Source: Candidatus Latescibacterota bacterium (GTDB lineage: Bacteria; Latescibacterota; UBA2968; GCA-2709665). From it: a DNA stretch of 64,000 nucleotides. The DNA is taken from NCBI GenBank assembly GCA_963667175.2, contig CAXXXF010000006.1, positions 1 through 64,000 on the forward strand, written 5' to 3'. The position numbers and the translations under genes are program-made. Positions 20,428 through 29,794 of this stretch are shown here, piece after piece. The notes beneath the pieces are model-generated. The model did not search any database and had not been told where the DNA came from. It was given only the letters and a program-made list of their open reading frames with translations. Positions within the stretch are counted from its first letter, which is position 1, and each line of letters begins with the position of its first letter.

Positions 20428-21437
20428 TACGGGCGGCAGAACAACTGGCCCCGAAGGTCGGGTTGGCTTCCGCGTGCCGGGCGCTGGGTGTGGCGCGGGC
20501 ATCGGTCTACCGTGCGCGTCAGCCAGCCCAACGCGGGCCTCGTGGCGCCCGGTCCTCGTCGCCACGTGCGCTTTCCCAAAACGAGCGCGCTACCGTGCTG
20601 GACATCCTGCACGAGGACCGCTTCGTAGACCAGGCGCCACCGGCAGTCTACGCCGCGCTGCTCGAGGAAGGGCGGTATGTCTGCTCGATCCGGACCATGT
20701 ACCGTCTGCTGCACGACGCAGGAGAGGTGCCCCAGCGGCGACACCAGCGGCGTCATCCACGTCTGGAACCGCCCCGCTTGATGGCGGATGCGCCCAACCA
20801 GGTCTGGACATGGGATATCACGCGGCTGCCAGGAACCCGCAAGTGGGAAACCTATCCCCTCTACGTCGTACTGGATCTGTTCTCACGCTATGTCGTGGCC
20901 TGGATGGTCGCCACAAGAGAAAGCGCCACATACGCCAAGCGCCTGATCACCAACGCCTGCAACAAGCAGGGCATTCAACCCCGACAACTGACGCTGCACC
21001 AGGACCGCGGCGCACCCATGACAGCCAAGACGTTTTCGCAGTTGCTGATGGACCTCGACATCCTGGCCAGCTACGCTCGACCCCGCGTCTCCGATGACAA
21101 CCCGTATTCCGAAAGCCAGTTCAAAACGCTCAAATACGCGCCTTCATACCCCGGGCGCTTCACCGGTCCGCAAGAAGCCCGTACCTATTTACAGACCTTC
21201 TTTTCCTGGTACAACACGCAACACCGGCACAGTGGACTGGGCTTACTCACGCCCGACACCGTCCACCATGGGCTCACACAGCAGGTGCAAGCCGACAGAC
21301 AATCGGTGCTGGATCAGGCCTATCACAACCACCCTGAACGATTCGTTAAAGGGCATCCTCGTCCACCACGCGTTCCAGACCAAGTCTGGATTAACCAACC
21401 ACAGAACACCATCGAATGCCAACAACTGCTACACTAA
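20424..21437 (+). CDS. IS3 transposase OrfB (DDE)
   Basis: PNQVWTWDIT, HQDRG and DNPYSES motifs. Confidence 0.95.
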   Translation: MIRAAEQLAPKVGLASACRALGVARASVYRARQPAQRGPRGARSSSPRALSQNERATVLDILHEDRFVDQAPPAVYAALLEEGRYVCSIRTMYRLLHDAGEVPQRRHQRRHPRLEPPRLMADAPNQVWTWDITRLPGTRKWETYPLYVVLDLFSRYVVAWMVATRESATYAKRLITNACNKQGIQPRQLTLHQDRGAPMTAKTFSQLLMDLDILASYARPRVSDDNPYSESQFKTLKYAPSYPGRFTGPQEARTYLQTFFSWYNTQHRHSGLGLLTPDTVHHGLTQQVQADRQSVLDQAYHNHPERFVKGHPRPPRVPDQVWINQPQNTIECQQLLH

Positions 21438-21479
21438 ACCCCAACGGGAGGTGTCTCATTTCTATTGACACGTTCCGCA

Positions 21480-21819
21480 GACAGTTTCCGTCGGGGTCCT
21501 CGAAACTGAATTCAAGATTGCCCCAGCTCTGGTCCCAGAGCTTTCCAACCGCGATGCCCGCCAGCCTGTACTCCTCGTACACTGCTGCCGCATCCTCGAC
21601 GTAGATTTGTACAGTCCGCGTCCCCGGCGGACCGTCGCCGGGGAATGACGAAACGACAATATGGGCGGCGTCCCGGACGACGCCCATACAGCAGGGGTCG
21701 AGTTTTTCCGGATGCGGCCTCCAGGCGTACACGCGACGGAACCCGAGTCTTCCGCAGTAGAATTCCTCGGCAGCTTTCGAACTCGACACTCCCAAAATCG
21801 GTACCGCTTCCCTGAACAC
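21480..21819 (-). pseudogene. VOC/glyoxalase protein, C-terminus interrupted by IS3
   Basis: AEEFYCGRLGF, QSWG..EF..EDPDGN; last codons (ALAQDQNG*) found in frame at 19851-19879. Confidence 0.8.
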
Positions 21820-21930
21820 GCTATTACCTCCATCTAATCTTCCTTCGACAGGGCGGCAGACAAGGACGTTGGGACCCTGTCAGCAGAACCACGATCATCA
21901 GAGTACGCTTCGTACGTAATTTGCCTCTCG

Positions 21931-22317
21931 TCAGTCCCTTTTAAATACATGGTCGGTCAACCATTCGACCAGACTCTCTCTTGAAACCCCGCCCGAAGCG
22001 ACACCCAACATAAGCGCTTCTTGTTCATCGACGCTGGCCCAGATCTCATGCCCATTCAGAACCAGAAACACTTCCATTGCCGCATGGCCCAATCTTTTGT
22101 TCCCATCTACGAACGGATGGTTTTGTATCAAGGAAAAGCATAACGCGCCGGCTTTCTCAATCAGTGTGGGATATAGATCCCGCTCCCCATAAGTCATACG
22201 GGGTTGCGCAACGGCCGACTCCAGTCTGCCTGTATCACGCAACCCCGATGCTCCGCCAGTTTGAACAACAACTCGTCTGTGAAGTTCAATTACCTCTGCC
22301 AGAGAGAGATACCTCAT
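21931..22317 (-). CDS. doc: Doc/Fic family toxin
   Basis: HPFVDGNKR Fic motif, 128 aa. Confidence 0.92.
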   Translation of the reverse strand: MRYLSLAEVIELHRRVVVQTGGASGLRDTGRLESAVAQPRMTYGERDLYPTLIEKAGALCFSLIQNHPFVDGNKRLGHAAMEVFLVLNGHEIWASVDEQEALMLGVASGGVSRESLVEWLTDHVFKRD

Positions 22318-22511
22318 TAACTAAGCCTTCTATAGAGTTCCTCATTCTTGTCTAATACATGCTGCGCAGCGGCATTGAAGTCCTCTTGAAGCTTATTTAA
22401 CAACTCGTCCAACGCAGCTTTTGCAAGCTCTTCTCGGCGTATACCAAGGCGTTTGGCGGTTAGATCCAACTTTTCGTTTTGTGATTCCGTGAGTTCAAGT
22501 AGCAGCTTCAT
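22317..22511 (-). CDS. Antitoxin (RHH-like) coupled to doc
   Basis: KNEELYRRLS C-terminus; stop/start overlap with toxin. Confidence 0.85.
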   Translation of the reverse strand: MKLLLELTESQNEKLDLTAKRLGIRREELAKAALDELLNKLQEDFNAAAQHVLDKNEELYRRLS

Positions 22512-22549
22512 CGTCCTTCCTCCAGGCATTGTTGGTTATTCCACAAAAT

Positions 22550-22674
22550 CGCAAATTTCGCAGCAGGGTTCAAGTAGGATCGTGCTTCTGGACCCTATTC
22601 AAATGTCACTCTTCGGAGTCATGTCGGTTTACGAAGCCTCGACCTGTATTCTGAGCTTGCCGCGGGTGTTCACG
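22550..22674 (-). other. attC-like site
   Basis: Long stem TTCGC-GCAG-GTTCA / TGAGC-TTGC-GCGGG; R'' CGTGAAC contains upstream TGA stop; R' mutated to ATTTGCG. Confidence 0.7.
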
Positions 22675-23460
22675 TCTTCCGGAGTATCACGTAGACGTTT
22701 CCATGTTCCCCGGACACGTGCTCCATGTCCTCGATCTCTTCGAATTCCTCCCCGTAAATGGCGGCAATCTGGAACTGTTCAGATCTGTGGGCGATCTTCT
22801 CCAGATCGGAGTAAAGCCAGAGCCTCAAGGTATGGCGCTCTTCAAACCGATCGATCTTCCCGTCCTGTGCGACCTCAAACGTGCAGACCTGGTGACTCAA
22901 TCTTGATTCTCTGTCTTCGTCGAGAATTCTCCACGACGTACTCACACAAATGCCGCCGCGCTCCAGCGCCCAATGATCGCCATCCGGAAGTTCGCCTTCG
23001 TGAGCGAAGTTAAGGTGGACAATGTAGATTCCGTTCTGACGAAGTGACGAACCTGTAGCTCGCAGATGGGAGACGATTTCGTCATCCGAATGGATATATC
23101 CGATGCTGTTGATCGAATTCAGCGCGGCATCGAAGACGCCGGGGATTTCGGCGGATACCATTTCCCCAGGCACGACGCGGACATTCATGGCGTATCCTGC
23201 CGCTGCAGCCGAGTCCTTTGCATATTGCACCATGACGGGACTGGCGTCATAACCCGGAACCCAGAACCCGCCAGGGCCCTCAGCATGCGTCCGGTTCCAC
23301 AGGCGGGTTCCAGAATGTGCCTCACCGAGAAGGGAACGTGCGACTCAAAGACTCGATTGAAGAATTCGATTTCTTCGGAAAGATCCCATGAGAAGGCAAT
23401 GTCGTAAATCTGAGGTTGGTTGTAGAGCTCAAACCTGTCAGTTCGTTCGGGCGTAATCAA
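22670..23460 (-). pseudogene. Class I SAM methyltransferase, frameshift at ~23250
   Basis: ILEPACGTG in one frame; GYDASPVMV onward in another. Confidence 0.85.
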
Positions 23461-23474
23461 CTGATTCTCCCTAT

Positions 23475-23542
23475 CGCTCGAGGTTCCCGGCGCGCGAACC
23501 GCGCAGTAGTCAGGCGCTGGGCGCCGGGGAACGGCGTTAGCG
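23475..23542 (-). other. attC-like site
   Basis: GTTCCCGGCGC / GCGCCGGGGAAC stem; R'' CGCTAAC contains TAA stop; GCGAACCGCG motif. Confidence 0.7.
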
Positions 23543-24283
23543 AAGATCCGACCTCATGAGGGACGGCCCATTCCGCCCACCGAAGAACGTTGAACAGATG
23601 TGACGCCGGTGCGGAACTTCGCGACTCTCAAACTGCTCGAATAGGACACGATCATCATACGGAACCTGACGCAACTTCAATTCACAAGTCCCGTTCTTGA
23701 GCTCCAGAATGGCGAATCGGGCAATGGATTCTGAATGACAGCCCAAAGAGCCGGGATTGACGTATCTGGCCATACCCACCAAATCCGAAGGTGAATGATC
23801 GTGGCCATAGAAAACAAGATCGGATTCTATATCCCTGAAGATTTCGTCCAGGTCGACAGGATGAGGATCTGTTATAACGGACTTGAAGTCTATCTGCGAC
23901 TCTGTGAGGCCATAATGAAGAAACGAAATTCGAATGCCTTCATAAACATCCTGAATCAGGAAGGGCCATTCCCGGACGGTGGCGCGCAGTGACCCATCGA
24001 GGCAGGAATGCACCCATCTCTGATGTTTCATCTCGCCATCGCTCATCCACGATGGCTGAGGTTCCGGAAGCCCCTGAGAAAACCAGGTATCATGATTGCC
24101 GCGAATGAGATGGACACGCGACATGCTCAGCAGCAATTCCAGACATTCCGCGGGAAACGGGCCGATGCCAATTGCATCTCCCGTGTGAAAAATCGCGTCG
24201 GCGCCCTCTCGCCTTATTTCTCTCAGCGCAGCCTGGAGCGCAGGTAAATTGCCATGGACATCTGTAAAGACCGCAATCTTCAT
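23537..24283 (-). CDS. Metallophosphoesterase
   Basis: DVHGN, GNHD, GHDH and NPGS motifs. Confidence 0.92.
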   Translation of the reverse strand: MKIAVFTDVHGNLPALQAALREIRREGADAIFHTGDAIGIGPFPAECLELLLSMSRVHLIRGNHDTWFSQGLPEPQPSWMSDGEMKHQRWVHSCLDGSLRATVREWPFLIQDVYEGIRISFLHYGLTESQIDFKSVITDPHPVDLDEIFRDIESDLVFYGHDHSPSDLVGMARYVNPGSLGCHSESIARFAILELKNGTCELKLRQVPYDDRVLFEQFESREVPHRRHICSTFFGGRNGPSLMRSDLR

Positions 24284-24328
24284 GTCAATTCAGCCGTTGT
24301 GCGTTTTGCAAGCCCCGAGGTAGACGTA

Positions 24329-24527
24329 TTAACTTCGATTTGAAATTTATCGGGAATGTTAATTCGAATATACGCAAGTAAATAAAGGCGATTTGACTTC
24401 GGATTTCCAGGAACCTTCAGGTCACGAGACGTAAACGGAAAGGATGCCCCTTCGGACGCCCATTTCGGCCCGTTTCGAAAGGCTTCGTCGCGGCTCCGCG
24501 TTGCTGTTTTCTTCGAATTAAGGTTAA
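24329..24527. mobile_element. MITE copy 4
   Basis: Near-identical to copy 1. Confidence 0.87.
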
Positions 24528-24598
24528 ACAGAAACGGTTGTTGAACATCAGCAAAAGAAATAACGGGGCGGTCATTACCCCGTTTTGTGTCCGGACAC

Positions 24599-24797
24599 CT
24601 AATCTTGATCCGTCATTTTTCTGAGACGTTAATTCGATAATATGCAAGTAGTTAAAGGCGATTAGACGTCGGATTTCCAGGATAATTCAGGTCACTGGAC
24701 GTGAACGGAAAAAATGTCCTTCCGGACGACCTTTACGCCCCGTTTCCGAAGGTTTTGTCGCAGCGCCGCGTTGTGGTAATTTTTACATCAAGGCTAA
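24599..24797. mobile_element. MITE copy 5 (diverged)
   Basis: Same length and core, degenerate TIRs. Confidence 0.8.
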
Positions 24798-24838
24798 TAG
24801 GTGGAAAAATTCGACGACAAGCAATGAAATGTATCAAT

Positions 24839-25066
24839 TCACAGATGTGTCTTTATCTCAAAGACCTCCTCTGTAATAGCGGGAGGAATGGGGTCTCCGT
24901 GGGCTTCGAGACTCGAGATGTAGAGCTCCATCGCTTCCTGGACATTAGCCAAAGCTTCGTCTCGAGTAGGCCCTTGTGAAATGCACCCTGGCAATGTGGG
25001 CACTTCCGCCACAAAAACGCCGTCTTCATCCTGCTCAATATGTACCCGGAATTTGATATTGCTCAC
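24839..25066 (-). CDS. HicB-family (UPF0150) antitoxin, orphan
   Basis: FVAEVPTLPGCISQGPTRDEALANVQEA. Confidence 0.88.
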   Translation of the reverse strand: MSNIKFRVHIEQDEDGVFVAEVPTLPGCISQGPTRDEALANVQEAMELYISSLEAHGDPIPPAITEEVFEIKTHL

Positions 25067-25091
25067 ATCGCTGTCCTCGAAGGTCGTTTCG

Positions 25092-25188
25092 TCGTAACAA
25101 AATCATTCCCGAAGAAAGATAGCGATTCTCCCGCGCCGCTGCAATTGGAATCGCACTTTGAAGGGGTCTTCTCAGTGCGTGGTTAGCC
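25092..25188 (-). other. attC-like site
   Basis: TCGTAAC...GTTAGCC ends; CATT/AGTG, GAAGA/TCTTC and GCGATTC/GAATCGC stems. Confidence 0.7.
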
Positions 25189-25231
25189 GACCGGCGTGGT
25201 CCCGCTTTGCTAATCCGATCAGGAAACAGCG

Positions 25232-25906
25232 TCAGGTACTGCCCCAGCTCTCAACCAGGTCCCGGTCCGCGCCCCCCTTGACCAACACGGGTATCAGGTC
25301 CGGGTGTTTCTGCCGCACGGCCGTATCGCACAACAGCCGCGTATACGGCTTCACGAGGGCGCCTTCTCCAATCAGCCATCGGGCGAGTTGCTGGTGGCCT
25401 CCCGCCACGGCGTAGTGCAGAGGTGCCACGCGCCAGACGGTGTCGTCCTCCTGTTCCCTGGTCAACAGACCCGGATCGGCTTTCAGGAGGTGTCGAACCC
25501 GGTCCGTGTCACCGAGATAGCAGGCCGAATAGATATCCAGTACGGTACCCGCCTTTTCCAGCATCCGGGCGAGTTCCATCCGGCGATAGCGACGCGCAAT
25601 ACAGTAGGGCTTCAGGAGCACCGTGATCTCCGCCCGGAGCCGCCCCGGGATATTGGGATCGGCTCCCTCGCGCAGCAGGAACCGCACGACGTTGACCCGA
25701 TTGCCGCGCGTTGCTTCCCAAAGAAACGTCCGGTTGTGCCCGCCGCTCTTGGCCTGCAGGAGCGTCGGATCCTGTCTCAGATACCGTTTCACGGCCCTCA
25801 AATCGCCGCGCCGTACCTCCTTTAATATCTTGTCGATGCCGAAGCGGCCGCTGTGGCCCGCGCGCGGCTTCGTTTCATTTCCCCATCCGTTGTCGTCCGA
25901 CGGCAT
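25232..25906 (-). CDS. Ankyrin repeat protein
   Basis: FLLREGADPN and PLHYAVAGGH repeats. Confidence 0.88.
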   Translation of the reverse strand: MPSDDNGWGNETKPRAGHSGRFGIDKILKEVRRGDLRAVKRYLRQDPTLLQAKSGGHNRTFLWEATRGNRVNVVRFLLREGADPNIPGRLRAEITVLLKPYCIARRYRRMELARMLEKAGTVLDIYSACYLGDTDRVRHLLKADPGLLTREQEDDTVWRVAPLHYAVAGGHQQLARWLIGEGALVKPYTRLLCDTAVRQKHPDLIPVLVKGGADRDLVESWGST

Positions 25907-25940
25907 TACTCATCGTCCTTTTACAGTCTGAAACGGAGCT

Positions 25941-26061
25941 TGATAACTGCGGAGATTTCCCGGAGAGCGAAATTCCGGTGGCTGCTGTTCGAAGGCCCGA
26001 ATGCGCCGCGCCCGTCGCCGTCGAATTGGCGACCTGCACGAAAGTCGTCCGAATGTTCAGA
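25941..26061 (-). other. attC-like site
   Basis: TGATAAC-TGCGGA-GATTTC...GAAAGTC-GTCCGAAT-GTTCAGA; R'' contains TGA stop. Confidence 0.72.
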
Positions 26062-26530
26062 CGGTTTTTCGCAATTCAGCATTCAGCCGCTCCAGGCTCT
26101 CTCGAGGCCATGTCTCGTTCCTGTCATATCCTTGTTCAAACTGAGGAACGTAGGCCGGCAGATCAATCCAGGCGTGCTTTTCCTTTGTCCAGATGTGCGC
26201 ATTTATGTCCAGAACTCTCGGGTCGTCCAGCGTTTGCGACCTCAATAACGCCGTGCATGGGTGATGCGTCGCAGTACTGTAGATCACGTCCTCGCACGAC
26301 TGGCAGATGAACGTCGTTCGGTTCGCTGTGACAGGCTTCGAGACGAACTCTCCCTTGTCGCACGTTACATCGGTTTCCAACACAATGATGGTAATTCCAA
26401 ATGCCGAGCCGGAAGCCTTTTGACAGTCCACGCAATGACACGCATGCACAAAGAGAGGCGCATTCAGAAGTCTGTAACGCACCTCTCCGCACCGGCAGCC
26501 ACCGGAATACATACGGTTCCCGTTCACCAT
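26057..26530 (-). CDS. GFA family protein
   Basis: GGCRCGEVRY and CHCVDCQK motifs. Confidence 0.92.
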   Translation of the reverse strand: MVNGNRMYSGGCRCGEVRYRLLNAPLFVHACHCVDCQKASGSAFGITIIVLETDVTCDKGEFVSKPVTANRTTFICQSCEDVIYSTATHHPCTALLRSQTLDDPRVLDINAHIWTKEKHAWIDLPAYVPQFEQGYDRNETWPRESLERLNAELRKTV

Positions 26531-26550
26531 ATCAACCGAAGGACTAAGGT

Positions 26551-26845
26551 TAATTATCCGAAAAAATCCATCGTTTCGTTGTGTAACAAGCTGTATTTAA
26601 ATGGATTAAACGATGCATAATACGACAATCCATGAATAAATGCGGAATCTGATTGGTCCGGATAATATTTCATGCGCTACAGGGGTGTGGATTCACCACA
26701 ATGTCCAGGACACCGGAGCATTTCTCCTGCTCCTGGCTCTTTCCTGCATCAGGTTTTGATCCTGCACTTGGTTTCCGATCCTGTTAATCCTGCAAAACCT
26801 GATCGGTTTGGGTTCTTATCCTGTCTATCCTGTCCATCCATGTAA
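26551..26845. repeat. AT-rich ATTATCCG-ended mini element plus ATCCTG short-repeat tract
   Basis: IR ATTATCCG/CGGATAAT; ATCCTG tract resembles 59393-59526. Confidence 0.6.
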
Positions 26846-26877
26846 GTTTGGGTCTTTGAATTGTAGAAACCCAGGTA

Positions 26878-27822
26878 TCACCCCAACCGTTTGACCAAGC
26901 CGTAATCCAACACCTGCCGCACACGATATCCGGCGCCGAAATAGATCTCCTGCGCCGGATTGTTCAGCCCCGTATGGAGCGTATTGCGCGCCACACCGCG
27001 CTTTTTGAACTCCGCACACATCAGATTGAACAGGACCGTACCGATCTTGCCGCGACGGTAGTCCGGATGCGTGCCGATTCCCGTGAAGCCGCCGCTTCCA
27101 TCCCGGCCCACCCGGACCGGTCCGGCGAATCCCACCACTGCGGGCCCGTCCGTCGCAATGAAAACGGGATACGGGGGAACTCCGTCCAGGCATGACTTTA
27201 CAGAAGCCTCCCAGCCACCGGGGAACAATGCCTCCATAAACGCGCACAGCGCCTCCCGGTGCCGGGCATCGCACAGCCCGAACAGGATGCCTCTGGACCG
27301 GTTATTCTCGATAGCGCCCAGGATCTCCTCGCGAAGTTCAAATTCGGCAAACGTCGTTTCCATAAACAGACTCACGGAACCGCGGTTGCGGAATCCCTGA
27401 TTCAGGAAAAACGTATAGGCCGGCGTCTTCATATCGACGCCGGTCGCGAACGTAATCGGGTTTCCCTTGTAACCGATCCGCATTTCCGTACATCCACGTC
27501 CCGCCAGAAATTCTCCCGCGGCATCCAGGAGCCTGCCCCCAAACCCTTTTCGCCGAAAATCCGAATCCACCATCAACACGCTCAGATAGCCCGTCTCTCC
27601 GGTCAGGGGCGCAACCGCTAGAGCAAACCCGGCAACCCTGGTGTCCACCCGTGCAATTAACGCTCCCTTCCCGTCATAATCCGGATGGGCCAGTACTCGC
27701 TGCCGGAATCCCGCTTCATCCATCCGGAAATCGTACTTCCGGCCCGCAAATGCCCGCTGCCAGAGATCAATCACCGGCAACAGGTCTCCATCCCTCCAGG
27801 ATGAAATCGAAAATTTGTCCAT
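26878..27822 (-). CDS. Tandem-domain GNAT acetyltransferase
   Basis: FRRKGFG and YRRGKIG acetyl-CoA motifs. Confidence 0.9.
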   Translation of the reverse strand: MDKFSISSWRDGDLLPVIDLWQRAFAGRKYDFRMDEAGFRQRVLAHPDYDGKGALIARVDTRVAGFALAVAPLTGETGYLSVLMVDSDFRRKGFGGRLLDAAGEFLAGRGCTEMRIGYKGNPITFATGVDMKTPAYTFFLNQGFRNRGSVSLFMETTFAEFELREEILGAIENNRSRGILFGLCDARHREALCAFMEALFPGGWEASVKSCLDGVPPYPVFIATDGPAVVGFAGPVRVGRDGSGGFTGIGTHPDYRRGKIGTVLFNLMCAEFKKRGVARNTLHTGLNNPAQEIYFGAGYRVRQVLDYGLVKRLG

Positions 27823-27843
27823 AACGACAATCCACCATTCTAC

Positions 27844-28239
27844 TTAACTGCCGGGAAGGAACGCGACGGCTTCGATCTCCACCAGGTAATCCGGATGGGC
27901 GAGGCCGCTGACGAACAGCAGCGTGTTCGGGGGAAATGCGTCCGTGAAGAAGCGGTTGCGGACGTGGCGAAACGCCTCCAGGTGAGCGCGGTCGGTCAGG
28001 TATGTGGTCAATTTGACGATGTCGTCCAGACTGCCTCCGAGTTCCTCGAGGATGGCCTGAAGATTCGCGTAGACCTGCTGCGTCTGCGCCTCGATGTCGC
28101 CTCGCCCTATCAGGTTGCCGCCCGGATCCAGGGCGATCTGACCGGCAATGTAACAGGTGTCGCCGGCCTTCACGACGTGCGAGTACCCCACACCCGCCGT
28201 CGAGTGGACACTTCCCGGATGTATGATCTCACGCGCCAT
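27844..28239 (-). CDS. RidA/YjgF family protein
   Basis: YSHVVK, IAGQIA and LVEIEAVA; GGAGGT RBS. Confidence 0.9.
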   Translation of the reverse strand: MAREIIHPGSVHSTAGVGYSHVVKAGDTCYIAGQIALDPGGNLIGRGDIEAQTQQVYANLQAILEELGGSLDDIVKLTTYLTDRAHLEAFRHVRNRFFTDAFPPNTLLFVSGLAHPDYLVEIEAVAFLPGS

Positions 28240-28331
28240 CGATCCCCACCTCCTATGTCCTAAGTTGAGTTCAGCTTCGCAGGCTTCGTGCTCCCTGGCA
28301 CGAACTCTTGTACGGGCCCAGGAACCGATCC

Positions 28332-28742
28332 TCACGACCTTCCGGATAATCTTGCACCAATCCAAGCCATCGGCATATAAGCGCCAACCAGGTCCACGAC
28401 ATTGAACAGGACCGGGCCACCTATCATGATGACATTGGCGATTCCTCCGATCAGGAACAGCCCGCCTACCACCATCGCCACTGCCATCCTGCAGCTTGCG
28501 GCGATGAGCGCGGCCAGCCAGGCACCCACAAGGGTCCCGAGCGCATGCGCCAGGAACGGGAAAATGAAATGTCTGAACTCGAACAGGTGCATGGAAGACT
28601 TGATGGATTTCACGTCGGTCACGTCGACGGCATCGGGAGGTGGAATGACATAAGGCCCTATCGTAACCAGAAGCATATTGGCGATACTGCCGACAACAAC
28701 TCCCACGATGACTGCCAGGACGTTCTTCAGTTTGGACTTCAT
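28332..28742 (-). CDS. Membrane protein (4 TM)
   Basis: Hydrophobic helices, HFIFPFLAHALGT. Confidence 0.82.
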   Translation of the reverse strand: MKSKLKNVLAVIVGVVVGSIANMLLVTIGPYVIPPPDAVDVTDVKSIKSSMHLFEFRHFIFPFLAHALGTLVGAWLAALIAASCRMAVAMVVGGLFLIGGIANVIMIGGPVLFNVVDLVGAYMPMAWIGARLSGRS

Positions 28743-28773
28743 GGTTCACCTCGCGAGTTTAGACTTCGATTGG

Positions 28774-28800
28774 CGGGCGCCCACAAGGGACGCCCCTACA
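28774..28800. repeat. GTAG-type REP-like palindrome
   Basis: Minus strand TGTAGGGGCGTCCCTTGTGGGCGCCCG. Confidence 0.8.
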
Positions 28801-28982
28801 ATGTCAGGTGAGTCGACCGCGTCCAGGATCGCCCGAAGCACCATTTCAGGCCCGCCTACAATCCATCCGACTGCCTTGACGGAAGCATGCAACATCACCG
28901 TGTCGCCCGAGACAAGCCCCAGGCTCGACAGATCAGACACCAATCTGCTTCGCGTAATCACGGGCAGGGCTGTTTTGACCAC
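28801..28982 (-). pseudogene. 5' fragment of AAC(3)-family N-acetyltransferase
   Basis: LGLVSGDTVMLHASVKAVGWIVGG, truncated at the REP. Confidence 0.8.
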
Positions 28983-29032
28983 ACTATCCGCCTTCTGTTT
29001 CCCTGGACAATAGACAGAGGTATGAAAGGAAC

Positions 29033-29656
29033 CTATGACCTCTGAAGAGTAACTTCACAGAATGGCTTCCCGCATGGGCTCGCAATATACGTCGTGGAAA
29101 CGTGCCTGAACCCACCGTTCTGGTCTGCGATATACTTGAATGCGCCTGGCGTGTGAAGCGACATGATCGGCAGGACTGCCTCGAGAGAAGCCACCCCCGA
29201 ACTCGCCATCTTTCCCTGCTCCGATTGTTGCTGCAAAAGTGCTACCAGATGTCCCTTTGGGGTGAGATGCGCGGCAATAGCTGCCAGGGTCGTCCCCAAA
29301 TCCACGTATTCGAAAAACAAGGCGCCATAAGCCAAATCGAAACGGCCTGGTTCACTGAAGTCTTCCGGATAACTGCATTCCTTCGTCCGCAATGCTGTAA
29401 GCATCTCAAAGCGTCTGCGAAGATATGCCAGATATTCGGGATTAACATCCACAGCCAGAATCTTGCTCAACTGCGACGCTCGAGAGCTCTCCAACCCATT
29501 TCCTATACCCGCTCCCAGATACAGAAGCGAATCGGGGTCAAACCGTTCAAGGCAATCCTCAAAATGCTTCCGAATCATCTCACCCTGCCGGACCGTATCA
29601 TGTTCCATGTGAATCTTATAGTCAGCAACTGGAACATTCAGCCAGGGATTGATCAC
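29033..29656 (-). CDS. Class I SAM-dependent methyltransferase
   Basis: NPWL and LGAGIGNG motifs. Confidence 0.85.
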   Translation of the reverse strand: MINPWLNVPVADYKIHMEHDTVRQGEMIRKHFEDCLERFDPDSLLYLGAGIGNGLESSRASQLSKILAVDVNPEYLAYLRRRFEMLTALRTKECSYPEDFSEPGRFDLAYGALFFEYVDLGTTLAAIAAHLTPKGHLVALLQQQSEQGKMASSGVASLEAVLPIMSLHTPGAFKYIADQNGGFRHVSTTYIASPCGKPFCEVTLQRS

Positions 29657-29747
29657 AGTTCAACCCGATTATCGTTTGTAAAGAATACCTGAGCCCACCA
29701 ACTATCGAAATATCCAAATCCGAATGGATTGCCATTGCGCCAGAGTT

Positions 29748-29778
29748 GTTTAACGTTACGCCGGTTTGCGAACCTGGG
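29748..29778 (-). other. Half attC (R' arm only)
   Basis: GTTTAAC-GTTAC-GCCGGTTTGCGAACC; core identical to 41195-41221. Confidence 0.6.
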
Positions 29779-29794
29779 AACACGCGGCCCAATT

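Larger units (their letters stand above)
19880..21479 (+). mobile_element. IS3-family insertion sequence
   Basis: Imperfect IRs ACGTG(C/T)CAATA..TGAGACA.CTCCC; orfA/orfB; A8G slippery site at ~20363. Confidence 0.92.

Noticed and set aside
27844-28749. 301-aa RidA fusion
   Set aside because: N-terminal extension is an off-frame overlap of the membrane gene; RBS supports a start at 28239
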